Assembly (NCBI GenBank): GCA_027624955.1
Contig: JAQBTG010000006.1
Coordinates: 1,269 to 65,268 of the forward strand
Reading direction: 5' to 3'
Origin: Pseudomonadota bacterium
GTDB taxonomy: Bacteria > Pseudomonadota > Alphaproteobacteria > UBA828
DNA length: 64,000 bases
The notes beneath the pieces were generated by a model. The model ran no database searches. It saw nothing but the letters and a program-made list of their open reading frames with translations, and had not been told where the DNA came from. Positions within the stretch are counted from its first letter, which is position 1. Each line of letters opens with the position of its first letter. The position numbers and the translations under genes were made by a program. Below are positions 20,601-28,843 of this stretch, piece after piece.

Positions 20601-21041
20601 CTGGAATATTGAAGAATCCTTGCCCAACGTCACCGTGGTGCCGTCAACGCGCGTCGCCGTGACTTCACCAACCGATTCGCCGACGCGAACAATAGGCGCC
20701 TCTTCAATACCGTCTTCGGATTGCGCGTATTGGCCGGGCGATGCCGGTCCAGCCAAGGCCGCTACCAGATCGAACGGCAAAAGCGCGCCGCCTTCAGTCA
20801 TCAGATCTGCTTGGGTCGCGGCGCTGAAATATTCGACGATGACGAATTGTGTGCCGTCGGGCGCAGTGATCAGGAGGTCGGAGCCGGCTCGGTCAAAATC
20901 GGCATGCAGCAGCATGTCGCCGCCGGGGACAATGATTTCAGCCGCGCCCTGAGCCGAAATGGGGATCGGGGCACTGCCTGTCGCGCCGGTCAAAGCCGAT
21001 GACGCAGCTGCGAATACGTATTTTCCCTGTTCAATACTCAC
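17610..21041 (-). CDS. Large RTX-type calcium-binding exoprotein (probable T1SS substrate) with FecR-like and choice-of-anchor-L-like regions
   Basis: 1143-aa ORF with about 21 consecutive GGxGxDxL/I nonapeptides (aa 834-1023) and a non-repetitive C-terminal tail of about 120 aa. It has no N-terminal signal peptide and lies directly upstream of the ABC/HlyD genes on the same strand. Confidence 0.9.
   Translation of the reverse strand: [1143 protein letters not shown]
17973..18542 (-). repeat. Block of about 21 tandem RTX nonapeptide-coding repeats (27-nt period)
   Basis: The translation [53 protein letters not shown]... continues without interruption for about 190 aa. Confidence 0.9.
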
Positions 21042-21159
21042 GCGTCTCTCCTGGGACTATTGTCCGCGCAGGGTTTTCCGGCTTCTCAAAATATTCGGAG
21101 GTAGCCGCCCAGAGTTAACTAACAATAGCACATCAAAACTATATATGGAGGAATTTTAG

Positions 21160-21173
21160 GTTGCAATTGCAAC
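21160..21173. promoter_or_regulatory. Perfect 14-bp palindrome GTTGCAATTGCAAC between divK and the RTX gene
   Basis: Read directly from the sequence. It lies in an AT-rich spacer about 120 bp upstream of the RTX start codon and about 45 bp downstream of the divK stop. Confidence 0.4.
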
Positions 21174-21216
21174 GATTTAGATGAAGCGAAACAGATTGTT
21201 AGATCGTCGGCGAGCA

Positions 21217-21609
21217 TCAAGATTCATCATCTTCGCCGAGAAATCTACGCACCTCTTGCAAGAAATTTGCAACGGAGATGGGCTTAGAAATATAGGCGTC
21301 GCAGCCGGCCTCCAGGACCCGCTCCTCATCGCCACGCAAAGCCAGCGCCGTAACCGCGATAATCGGTATGGCGCGAAGTTCTGGATCCGCTTTGAGTTGT
21401 CGGGTGACGTCGAGGCCGGATACATCTGGCAGCTGAATATCCATAAGGATGATATCCGGCCGATGCTCACGCACCATTTCGAGCGCCCGCGAACCATCCT
21501 TGGTTTGCAGGGTTTCGATGCCGGACGCTTCGAGGAGATCTCGCATCAATTTTAAATTAAGAGCGTTGTCCTCGACGATCAGCGCCGTCTTTTTCATCCG
21601 TCCCACCAT
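21217..21609 (-). CDS. divK: Single-domain response regulator, DivK-like
   Basis: A receiver-only protein whose sequence closely parallels Caulobacter DivK: [31 protein letters not shown]...[23 protein letters not shown]...[33 protein letters not shown]. The start may be ATG 21597. Confidence 0.8.
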   Translation of the reverse strand: MVGRMKKTALIVEDNALNLKLMRDLLEASGIETLQTKDGSRALEMVREHRPDIILMDIQLPDVSGLDVTRQLKADPELRAIPIIAVTALALRGDEERVLEAGCDAYISKPISVANFLQEVRRFLGEDDES

Positions 21610-21633
21610 TTATTCAAGAATTTTATTACAGGA

Positions 21634-21984
21634 TCAGGTTAGTAAGAACAGTATAGCTAACAAGACTGATAAGACCACCAAAGCCACGACGAGGCGTTTG
21701 AATATGTGGGCCGCCAATCCGAAAAGGCCGCGTTTTCCGGTTCGTTTGCCGCCACGGCTATCCAATCCGGACAGAATAACCATATAGAGCCGCATATTTT
21801 TGCGGATTAGCGACGGCGTATCGAAGCGAAGATCGACCATATGTCCAGCGCCGGTTGATTCGCCGAACACCATTTTTAGCGCCGCCAATTGAGGTGAGGT
21901 GAAGGTACCTCGCAAATCTGCAGGAATTCGTTCAAAGAATTGCCGAATGAACGGATCGCGTGCCGCTCTTTCGTCTATAGCCAT
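21634..21984 (-). CDS. Hypothetical small protein with a C-terminal transmembrane helix
   Basis: 116-aa ORF 24 nt upstream of divK on the same strand. The C-terminal segment is hydrophobic (LVVALVVLSVLLAILFLL). I recognise no domain. Confidence 0.5.
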   Translation of the reverse strand: MAIDERAARDPFIRQFFERIPADLRGTFTSPQLAALKMVFGESTGAGHMVDLRFDTPSLIRKNMRLYMVILSGLDSRGGKRTGKRGLFGLAAHIFKRLVVALVVLSVLLAILFLLT

Positions 21985-22327
21985 AGGTATTCGCTTTGCT
22001 GCCGATTACGAGAGTTTGTAGGCACGGAACCATTCATTACAGGGTCAGGCGATCAATCAACTCAAAATAATATGATCGTGCCGTGATGGCTATGAAATCT
22101 AGTCCGCCGGCGCGGCTGCCGTATCGTATCGCCGCCCGCTAGATGCGCCGTCTGGATCATTATCTGACCTGCCTCGCATGGCTGGTGCTCCGCCACGTGA
22201 CCGTTTTAGCCACACCGCAGAGTAGCGCTGGGACGTGACATCAACAAGTACCGCTGGTGCGTGACATCAAGGAGGATGGTTGTTGCCGCCCCGGAGTGGG
22301 ACGGCGCATCCGTCTACGGGCGTAGCA

Positions 22328-22963
22328 TTAATTATCCATAATGATGTTGCCGTTTTCGACTTCGAAGACGATCACCGCGCCTTCCTTCGGCGCCCAAGCG
22401 CGGGCCAAGCGGTGGCCCTCGGAGATATCGGCCGGCGACAATAACTTAGCCAATTTCTCGCGATTTGTGACTGCTACATTGTGCTCGCGGCTGGGGGGTA
22501 ATTTTTCAGTCGATAGGGAAAACCATTTATATGCTTGAAGAAGGTCGTGCGGCCTGCCCTGGCCGGTGCCGAGCATGGTGGCCATATTATGGCCAGCCAG
22601 CATGTTTCCACGGTCAACCGCCATGGCATACCAGGTGTAGGCTTTGGCAGGGTCCGGCGCGACGCCCAATCCCATCTGATAGGCGAGCCCGAGGCTAAAC
22701 ATTGCGCGGGTATCGCCGTCTTTTGCCCGCCGGTTCCAATCTTCGACCATCTCCGGTTGGGTGTCTTTGGCCACGCCGCCGCGAATGACGGCCAGGGTCA
22801 ATTCGGAAGAGCCGGCCGGGGCTGAATTTAATGCGGACTCCAGTTTGGTGAATTCTATAAATTGGTTCCAATAGGTATCGACGGCGCGATCATTGAGCGA
22901 TTCACACCCCGCCAACGCCAACACCATCCAAATGGAAAGAATTATGTGTCTGGATCGTCGCAT
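22328..22963 (-). CDS. Sel1-repeat lipoprotein
   Basis: Lipobox LALAGC follows MRRSRHIILSIWMV. Sel1 repeats are present (RAKDGDTRAMFSLGLAYQMGLGVAPDPAKAYTWYAMAVDRGNMLAGHNMATML). The longest ORF begins at 22993. Confidence 0.75.
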   Translation of the reverse strand: MRRSRHIILSIWMVLALAGCESLNDRAVDTYWNQFIEFTKLESALNSAPAGSSELTLAVIRGGVAKDTQPEMVEDWNRRAKDGDTRAMFSLGLAYQMGLGVAPDPAKAYTWYAMAVDRGNMLAGHNMATMLGTGQGRPHDLLQAYKWFSLSTEKLPPSREHNVAVTNREKLAKLLSPADISEGHRLARAWAPKEGAVIVFEVENGNIIMDN

Positions 22964-23072
22964 CACTCGGCTTTCATCACGCATAACGGGCATTTAATTA
23001 TGCCCGTTCAATCAAATTTATCCCCAACAGACGCTGAATATAAACGATGCTAATATAAAATTGAAACGTCGA

Positions 23073-23435
23073 TTAGTCAGACTCCGTCTCAAGATATTCT
23101 CTGAGCACGACCGCGCCGTTGTGTAGCATATCTTTGGTAGCGAAGACGAAGGTTACGCGTTGCCCGGCGCAGATATTCCGTAGCGAACACACCGCCGATT
23201 GGTTGTTGCTCAGTTCCAAGACGTAGCGCGCACGAAATTGCTGCCAGCGCTCCGGTCGATGACCAAACCAGGTTCGAAGTTCCGGACTAGGCGCAACATC
23301 CTTCACCCAGTGATCGAGTGCGGCGTCGGATTTGGATAGTCCGCGCGGCCACAAACGCTCAACGAGAATACGCACACCGTCTTCGTCCGCGGCGGGTTCG
23401 TACGCGCGCTTCAAGCCTATGTATCTAGGAGCCAT
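23073..23435 (-). CDS. DUF488 (YeaO-like) family protein
   Basis: KRAYEPAADEDGVRILVERLWPRGLSKSDAALDHWVKDVAPSPELRTWF closely parallels E. coli YeaO. The longest ORF begins at 23468. Confidence 0.75.
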   Translation of the reverse strand: MAPRYIGLKRAYEPAADEDGVRILVERLWPRGLSKSDAALDHWVKDVAPSPELRTWFGHRPERWQQFRARYVLELSNNQSAVCSLRNICAGQRVTFVFATKDMLHNGAVVLREYLETESD

Positions 23436-23559
23436 CGCCAAATCCGTCGTAAATAAGACGCCCAACATAGACTCAATATGCGTCTATGCTAAGTTTCGTG
23501 AGTGCCGCCACCTGGGAGTCAGCAAACCCCACCATGGATCAAAGCGAGTATCGAGCGCG

Positions 23560-24264
23560 ATGATAAAGCTGTACCGTTTTCCCCCTCTGGAGAAGTTGCC
23601 GTCTGCCAGCCCGTTCTGTGTAAAAGTCGAGGCCTATATGCGTATGGCGGGGATCGCCTACGAGACACGCGACATAACCGATCCGCGCAAATCGCCGAAA
23701 GGCAAGGTGCCTTTCATCCGCGACGGCGAAACGGAGGTCGCGGATTCGGCGCTCATTATCGAATATCTTAAAAGCCGTTACGGCGATCCGCTCGACGCCG
23801 GCCTGAGCGCCGCCGAGCAAGCCACGGCCCTCGCCTATCGCCGGTTGTTGGAAGAGCATTGCTATTTCTGCATCGTCCAAATTCGTTGGATACGGGAGGA
23901 AAATTGGCGGCGTTCAAAAGCCCGCTATTTCTCATCTCTGCCGCCGCCACTGCGCTGGATATTGCCGGGTGTGGTGCAAAGACAGGTGCGCCGCGATTTG
24001 CGCGGGCAGGGCATCGGCCGTCATACGGATGCCGAAATCAACGCCCTGGCGCTAGAGGATTTGCGCGCAATATCGAAATTCTTGGGTGAAAAAACCTATC
24101 TTATGGGCGCGGCACCGACTTCTCTCGACGCTGTGGGCTACGGATTTTTGAGCAACTTGCTGTATGCGCCCTTCGTACTGCCTATCCAGGCTGAAGTAGA
24201 CGAGCTTAAGAATCTCACCGCCTATTGTGAGCGCATCGAAAAGAAATATTTCGCCGACATTTGA
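23560..24264 (+). CDS. Glutathione S-transferase family protein (metaxin-like N-terminal domain)
   Basis: Translation from ATG 23560 gives MIKLYRFP...SPFCVKVEAYMRMAGIAYE...KGKVPFIRDGETEVADSALIIEYL. The upstream part of the 310-aa ORF is antisense to the DUF488 gene. Confidence 0.75.
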   Translation: MIKLYRFPPLEKLPSASPFCVKVEAYMRMAGIAYETRDITDPRKSPKGKVPFIRDGETEVADSALIIEYLKSRYGDPLDAGLSAAEQATALAYRRLLEEHCYFCIVQIRWIREENWRRSKARYFSSLPPPLRWILPGVVQRQVRRDLRGQGIGRHTDAEINALALEDLRAISKFLGEKTYLMGAAPTSLDAVGYGFLSNLLYAPFVLPIQAEVDELKNLTAYCERIEKKYFADI

Positions 24265-24303
24265 GCGGCCGGCGCGGTGGAAACCGCTCTCACCATTGCC
24301 GCG

Positions 24304-26325
24304 CTAAAGTGAAAGCGCCTGGCGCGCGGCCTCGACCACGGCGTTCGCGGTAATTCCGAATTTTGCGTATAGCTGGTCTGCTGGCGCCGACGCGCCGAAT
24401 CCGCGCATGCCGATCATGATGCCGCCAGCGCCAAGATATCGCTCCCAACCAAATGAAACAGCGGCTTCAATGCCGATGCGCACGACTTCGCCGCCGAGCA
24501 CGCTGTTGCGATATGCCTGGTCCTGCGCGTCGAACAATTCCCAGCACGGCAGCGAGACGATTCGCGTCGGGTAGCCTTCGGTCTCCAAAACCTGACGGGC
24601 GTCCGCCGCGATTGCGATTTCCGAGCCGGTTGCGAGCAGAACGACACGGGGTGTTCCGCCGGTCGCCTCGTGCAGCACATAGCCGCCACGCGCCGACAGG
24701 TTTTCATCGCTAAGCGTAAAGCGCTGTGCGGGTAACCCCTGGCGGCTCAGCGCCAATACCGAAGGGCCGGAGCGATTTTCGATTGCCGCTTGCCAACATT
24801 CCGCGGTTTCCATTGCATCTGCCGGGCGGAACACATTGAGATTGGGCATCGCACGCAAGGCCGCGAGATGCTCGACCGGCTGGTGGGTCGGGCCATCTTC
24901 ACCGAGGCCGATAGAATCATGCGTCATGATATAAATAACGCGCTGGCCCATAAGCGCCGACAAGCGAATAGCCGGGCGGCAATAATCGGAGAAAATCAAA
25001 AATGTGCCGGCGTAGGGAATGCAGCCGCCATGTAGCGCCATACCGTTCATCGCCGCCGCCATGGCGTGTTCGCGCACGCCGTAATGAACATAGCTGCCGC
25101 TAAAATCGCCGGGTGCAATCGCTGCCATTCCGGCGACCCGGGTGCCGTTCGAGCCACTAAGATCGGCCGAGCCGCCGACCAATTCGGGCAGCGTTTGAAA
25201 TAGTACCTCTAGCGTTTTCTGGCTCGCCACGCGGCTCGCGATCTTGGGCTGATCTGCCGCCAGAGCGCGCTTGAATTCCACTAAGCCGGCGCTCCAATCG
25301 TCGGGCAATTTGCCGCTTGACACCCGCTCGAATTCGGCCCGCAGTGCGGCATCGCTAGCGGCCAATCTGCGCTGCCAATCGGCATGCGCTTCGGCCCGCC
25401 GGACTCCGGCTTCGCGCCAGAGCGCAAGAATTTCAGCCGGCACGGTAAACGGTGGATGGGGCCAACCGAGGCGCTCTCGCGTTCCGGCGATCTCCTCCGC
25501 GCCGAGCGGCGCGCCGTGGCTCGCCTCAGAGCCTTCCTTAGTGGGCGCGCCAAAGCCGATCCGCGTGCGGCAGACGATCAGTGCCGGCTTCGCGGATTTC
25601 TGCGCCGCTTTGAGCGCCCGAGCAATCGCTGCGGGGTCGTGACCGTCGGCGTCAAAGGCGTCCCAACCGCTGGCCTGAAAGCGCAGCATGGCGTCGTCGG
25701 AAAGTGCCAGTTCGGTCGCGCCATCGATCGAAATGCTATTGCTGTCATAAAGCACGATCAGCTTGTTGAGTTGTAAATGACCGGCCAGGGAAATTGCCTC
25801 GTGGCTGATTCCCTCCATTAGGTCGCCGTCGCCGGCCAGCACATAGGTGCGGTGATCGACAATCGCGTCGCCAAAACGCGCTGCCAACATGCGTTCCGCG
25901 ATCGCCATGCCGACCGCGGTGGCAAGCCCCTGGCCAAGCGGCCCGGTCGTGGTCTCGATGCCGGCGGCGGCGCCGTATTCCGGGTGTCCCGCTGTGCGGC
26001 TGCCGAGCTGACGGAAATTGCGGATCTGATCGATATCAATATCCGGGTAGCCGCATAGATAGAGCAGCGAATAGAGCAGCATCGAGCCATGCCCGGCCGA
26101 CAGGACGAAGCGGTCGCGGTCCGGCCAATCCGGATGGGCAGGGTCGTGCTTAAGGAACTGCGAGTAGAGGACGGTGGCAACGTCGGCCGCGCCGAGCGGC
26201 ATACCGGGATGGCCAGAATTTGCCGCCTCGACCGCATCCATGGAGAGCGCACGGATGGCGTTGGCCATGTCGCGGTGGGCGGTGTTGCTCGGTTCGGAGT
26301 TCGCGGCTGATTCCGTCATGCTCAT
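24304..26325 (-). CDS. tkt: Transketolase
   Basis: Motifs seen: [36 protein letters not shown] and [20 protein letters not shown]. The start is taken at the ATG giving MSMTESA...; the longest ORF begins at 26382. Confidence 0.95.
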   Translation of the reverse strand: MSMTESAANSEPSNTAHRDMANAIRALSMDAVEAANSGHPGMPLGAADVATVLYSQFLKHDPAHPDWPDRDRFVLSAGHGSMLLYSLLYLCGYPDIDIDQIRNFRQLGSRTAGHPEYGAAAGIETTTGPLGQGLATAVGMAIAERMLAARFGDAIVDHRTYVLAGDGDLMEGISHEAISLAGHLQLNKLIVLYDSNSISIDGATELALSDDAMLRFQASGWDAFDADGHDPAAIARALKAAQKSAKPALIVCRTRIGFGAPTKEGSEASHGAPLGAEEIAGTRERLGWPHPPFTVPAEILALWREAGVRRAEAHADWQRRLAASDAALRAEFERVSSGKLPDDWSAGLVEFKRALAADQPKIASRVASQKTLEVLFQTLPELVGGSADLSGSNGTRVAGMAAIAPGDFSGSYVHYGVREHAMAAAMNGMALHGGCIPYAGTFLIFSDYCRPAIRLSALMGQRVIYIMTHDSIGLGEDGPTHQPVEHLAALRAMPNLNVFRPADAMETAECWQAAIENRSGPSVLALSRQGLPAQRFTLSDENLSARGGYVLHEATGGTPRVVLLATGSEIAIAADARQVLETEGYPTRIVSLPCWELFDAQDQAYRNSVLGGEVVRIGIEAAVSFGWERYLGAGGIMIGMRGFGASAPADQLYAKFGITANAVVEAARQALSL

Positions 26326-26522
26326 TTGTCTTGCTGTGAAAACCCGCACGCAGCGGCGAGACGCCAATGCGCATGTGATCAAGCAACATGACGACGCTCG
26401 CCGGGAGCGTCAACAGCCTGTGTAATGCGCCCCATACAGTTGACTGCCAAGTCCGCCTGGTCTAAGTGTTTGATGGTGAGAAGTCGGTTTCGGAATTTAT
26501 GACAACATGCTGATAATACTAA

Positions 26523-26837
26523 ATGATGCCGAATCTTGATGAATCTGTAGCGCGTCTCGGGAGGGCAGTCGAGAAGTTGACGCAGGCGCTCGAAAACGGC
26601 TCCGCGAAGAGCGGCGCAGGGTCGGCTGTCGGGCTCGCCGAGTCGCTGCGTACCGTTCAGCGGGAGCGCGATGGTCTTCATGCCGATCTCGAATCTCTTC
26701 GCGCCGAACATCGCAAATCGGGCTCAGCCTTGCGCGATGCGCAAGAAAATTACGCCGCCATGCAAGTGGTCAGCGAGGCCGTCGCCGGCCGGCTAGATGG
26801 CGCGATCGGCGATCTGAAAACATTGCTCAACGAATAG
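26523..26837 (+). CDS. zauP: Coiled-coil DUF4164 protein, ZauP-like ZapA partner
   Basis: 104-aa heptad-rich ORF immediately upstream of zapA. This is the arrangement described for Caulobacter ZauP-ZapA. Confidence 0.6.
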   Translation: MMPNLDESVARLGRAVEKLTQALENGSAKSGAGSAVGLAESLRTVQRERDGLHADLESLRAEHRKSGSALRDAQENYAAMQVVSEAVAGRLDGAIGDLKTLLNE

Positions 26838-26848
26838 GGTCGGGGCGT

Positions 26849-27202
26849 ATGGCTCAATTATCCGTCACCATCCACGGACGCAACTATCCCATTGTCTGCG
26901 ACGATGGCCAAGAAGAGCATGTGACCCGGCTTGCCGCCTACATTGATAAGCGGGCAACGGAAATCGCCGAGACGGTCGGGCAGGTAGGCGAAGGCCGCTT
27001 GTTGGTGATGACGGGTCTTCTTGTCGCCGATGAGTTGTCCGAAGCTTATGATGAGATGGAGCGGCTGCAAGTCGCGTCAAAAAGCACAGAAGACACAATT
27101 CGCAGCGAAACGCGCGAGAACCTGGAAGCAAAAGTCGCACCGGTTGTCGAATCTCTGGCCGTTCGCATCGAAAATATTGCCGCCGGCCTAGAGAGCGACT
27201 AA
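26849..27202 (+). CDS. zapA: Cell division protein ZapA
   Basis: 117-aa ORF whose N-terminus, VTIHGRNYPIVCDDGQEEHVTRLAAYIDKRATEI, is typical of ZapA. Confidence 0.85.
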   Translation: MAQLSVTIHGRNYPIVCDDGQEEHVTRLAAYIDKRATEIAETVGQVGEGRLLVMTGLLVADELSEAYDEMERLQVASKSTEDTIRSETRENLEAKVAPVVESLAVRIENIAAGLESD

Positions 27203-27207
27203 GTTCC

Positions 27208-27375
27208 GCTTGGGCGGTTGCTGCGGAGCGTGACACGCCGTAGTTTCCCGGGGCCAATAACTTCCTCTAGGGAGCTGTCTCTGCCGAGACTGTGGTTTCG
27301 GTATGCGGCGCCCACCTGCCTTGCAGGCCTGGAGGAAACTTGCAGCGTGGCGGCTGCTGCGGCGCCGCCCACCTT
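27208..27375 (+). ncRNA. ssrS: Candidate 6S RNA (SsrS)
   Basis: It sits in a 199-nt non-coding spacer between zapA and the 5-formyl-THF cyclo-ligase gene, which is the conserved position of ssrS. A rod-like fold can be drawn by hand. Pairings: 27211-17 TGGGCGG with 27365-71 CCGCCCA; 27220-26 GCTGCGG with 27357-63 CTGCGGC (two G-U pairs); 27242-48 AGTTTCC with 27334-40 GGAAACT. The apical region is about 70 nt and contains the hairpin 27277-90. The ends are approximate. Confidence 0.6.
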
Positions 27376-27401
27376 CAATCCGACATGTGGTTTCTCTTGC
27401 C

Positions 27402-28016
27402 GTGAAAAGATCAGACGCCGTTTGGGAAGCCAAGAATGCGCTCCGGGAGTATGCCGGCGCTCGCCGGCGGCTCGCCCACCGCCAGAGTGGGCCAGGCGCC
27501 GGCGTCCGTGCCGCTGATCACTGCTTGGCCAATTTGCCGGTGCCTCCGGGCGCCATTATTTCGGGCTATTGGCCCATACGTGATGAATTCGATGTCATGC
27601 CGGTAATGCGCCGCCTGTCTGGCGCCGGCTATCGCTGTGCGCTGCCCTATGTCGACAAGAAGCGCCACGTCTTGGAGTTCCGTGAATGGCGGCCCGGCAC
27701 GGTCATGCTCGAAGGTCCGTTCCGCATTCCCGAGCCGACCGAAAATGCCGCCCAACTAACGCCGACCCTCCTGCTGGTGCCCTTGCTCGCGTATGATTCA
27801 GATGGCTTTCGCCTCGGCTATGGTGGCGGCTATTACGACGGCGCGTTGGCCGATCTCAGAGCCGCTGGAGGGCCTGTCTTGGCAGTTGGCATGGCGTTTT
27901 CCGAGCAACTGGTCGAACACGTTCCGCATGGCGACAGGGACGAACGGATGGATTGGATCGTGACCGAACGCGGCGCCATGCTGTTTGCCGGTGAATCTCA
28001 AAAGGACGGTGAATGA
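27402..28016 (+). CDS. 5-formyltetrahydrofolate cyclo-ligase
   Basis: Motifs seen: GYWPIRDEFDV, FRIPEP, LLVPLLAYDSDGFRLGYGGGYYD. There is no in-frame ATG near the N-terminus, so a GTG at 27402 (or 27387) is assumed. The upstream part of the 237-aa ORF covers the 6S region. Confidence 0.8.
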   Translation: MKRSDAVWEAKNALREYAGARRRLAHRQSGPGAGVRAADHCLANLPVPPGAIISGYWPIRDEFDVMPVMRRLSGAGYRCALPYVDKKRHVLEFREWRPGTVMLEGPFRIPEPTENAAQLTPTLLLVPLLAYDSDGFRLGYGGGYYDGALADLRAAGGPVLAVGMAFSEQLVEHVPHGDRDERMDWIVTERGAMLFAGESQKDGE

Positions 28017-28825
28017 GAATATTGATGTGCGGCGACGTGATGGGGCGCTCGGGACGCGATGTGCTGAATGCGCATCTTCCGGAGCTGCGCGAATCACTGA
28101 AGCTCGACTTTGTTCTCGTAAACGCAGAGAACGCGGCCGGCGGCTTCGGCATCACAGGTGAGATTTGTCGCACCCTTTATCAATTGGGTGCCGATGCCAT
28201 CACCCTTGGTAATCACGCCTTTGACCAACGGGAAACCGCTTCTTACATAGAAAACGACGCCAAGCTCATTCGCCCGGCCAATTATCCGCCGGGCACGCCC
28301 GGACGCGGAAGCGGCCTGTTCCGATTGGCCGACGGGCGAAAGGTTCTGGTCATTCAAGTGATGTGCCGTCTATTCATGGACGCTATCGACGATCCATTCG
28401 CCAGTCTCAAGGCGGAGTTAGAGCCGTACCGCCTCGGCGCCAATGTGGATGCCATTCTGGTCGATATTCACGGCGAGGCGAGCAGCGAAAAGCAGGCGCT
28501 GGCCTATTTGGTCGATGGTCGCGTTTCAGTCGCCGCCGGCACACATACCCACGTGCCGACCGCGGATCATATGATCCTGCCGGGCGGCACCGGGTTCATG
28601 ACGGATATTGGTATGTGCGGCGCCTATAACTCGATCATCGGCATGGAGATCGCGCCAGTCATCGAACGCTTTACGCGTAAAATGCCGGGCAAACGATTTA
28701 CACCCGTCCTCGATGACGGCACGTTGGCGGCTATCTATGTAGAAACCGACGACGACACGGGCTTGGCCAAGCGCGTCGCACCGGTGCGCATTGGCGGCGT
28801 TTTGACTCCGGCCATGCCGGGTTGA
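28013..28825 (+). CDS. YmdB-like metallophosphoesterase (TIGR00282 family)
   Basis: MRILMCGDVMGRSGRDVL...FVLVNAENAAGGFGIT...ITLGNHAFD. It overlaps the preceding gene by ATGA. Confidence 0.85.
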   Translation: MRILMCGDVMGRSGRDVLNAHLPELRESLKLDFVLVNAENAAGGFGITGEICRTLYQLGADAITLGNHAFDQRETASYIENDAKLIRPANYPPGTPGRGSGLFRLADGRKVLVIQVMCRLFMDAIDDPFASLKAELEPYRLGANVDAILVDIHGEASSEKQALAYLVDGRVSVAAGTHTHVPTADHMILPGGTGFMTDIGMCGAYNSIIGMEIAPVIERFTRKMPGKRFTPVLDDGTLAAIYVETDDDTGLAKRVAPVRIGGVLTPAMPG

Positions 28826-28843
28826 ACGCGCCTGGCGGAGAAA

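Noticed and set aside
22269-22341. AAGGAGG followed by a 21-codon ORF (MVVAAPEWDGASVYGRSINYP) on the plus strand
   Set aside because: The Shine-Dalgarno-like sequence abuts the ATG with no spacing, and the ORF runs into the 3' end of the convergent Sel1 gene. It is probably fortuitous.
27188-27517. ORFs of 81 aa (minus) and 99 aa (plus) in the zapA/5-FCL spacer
   Set aside because: They have no RBS or domain signal and an odd Arg/Cys/Pro-rich composition. The region is better explained as a 6S RNA gene by synteny and base-pairing.
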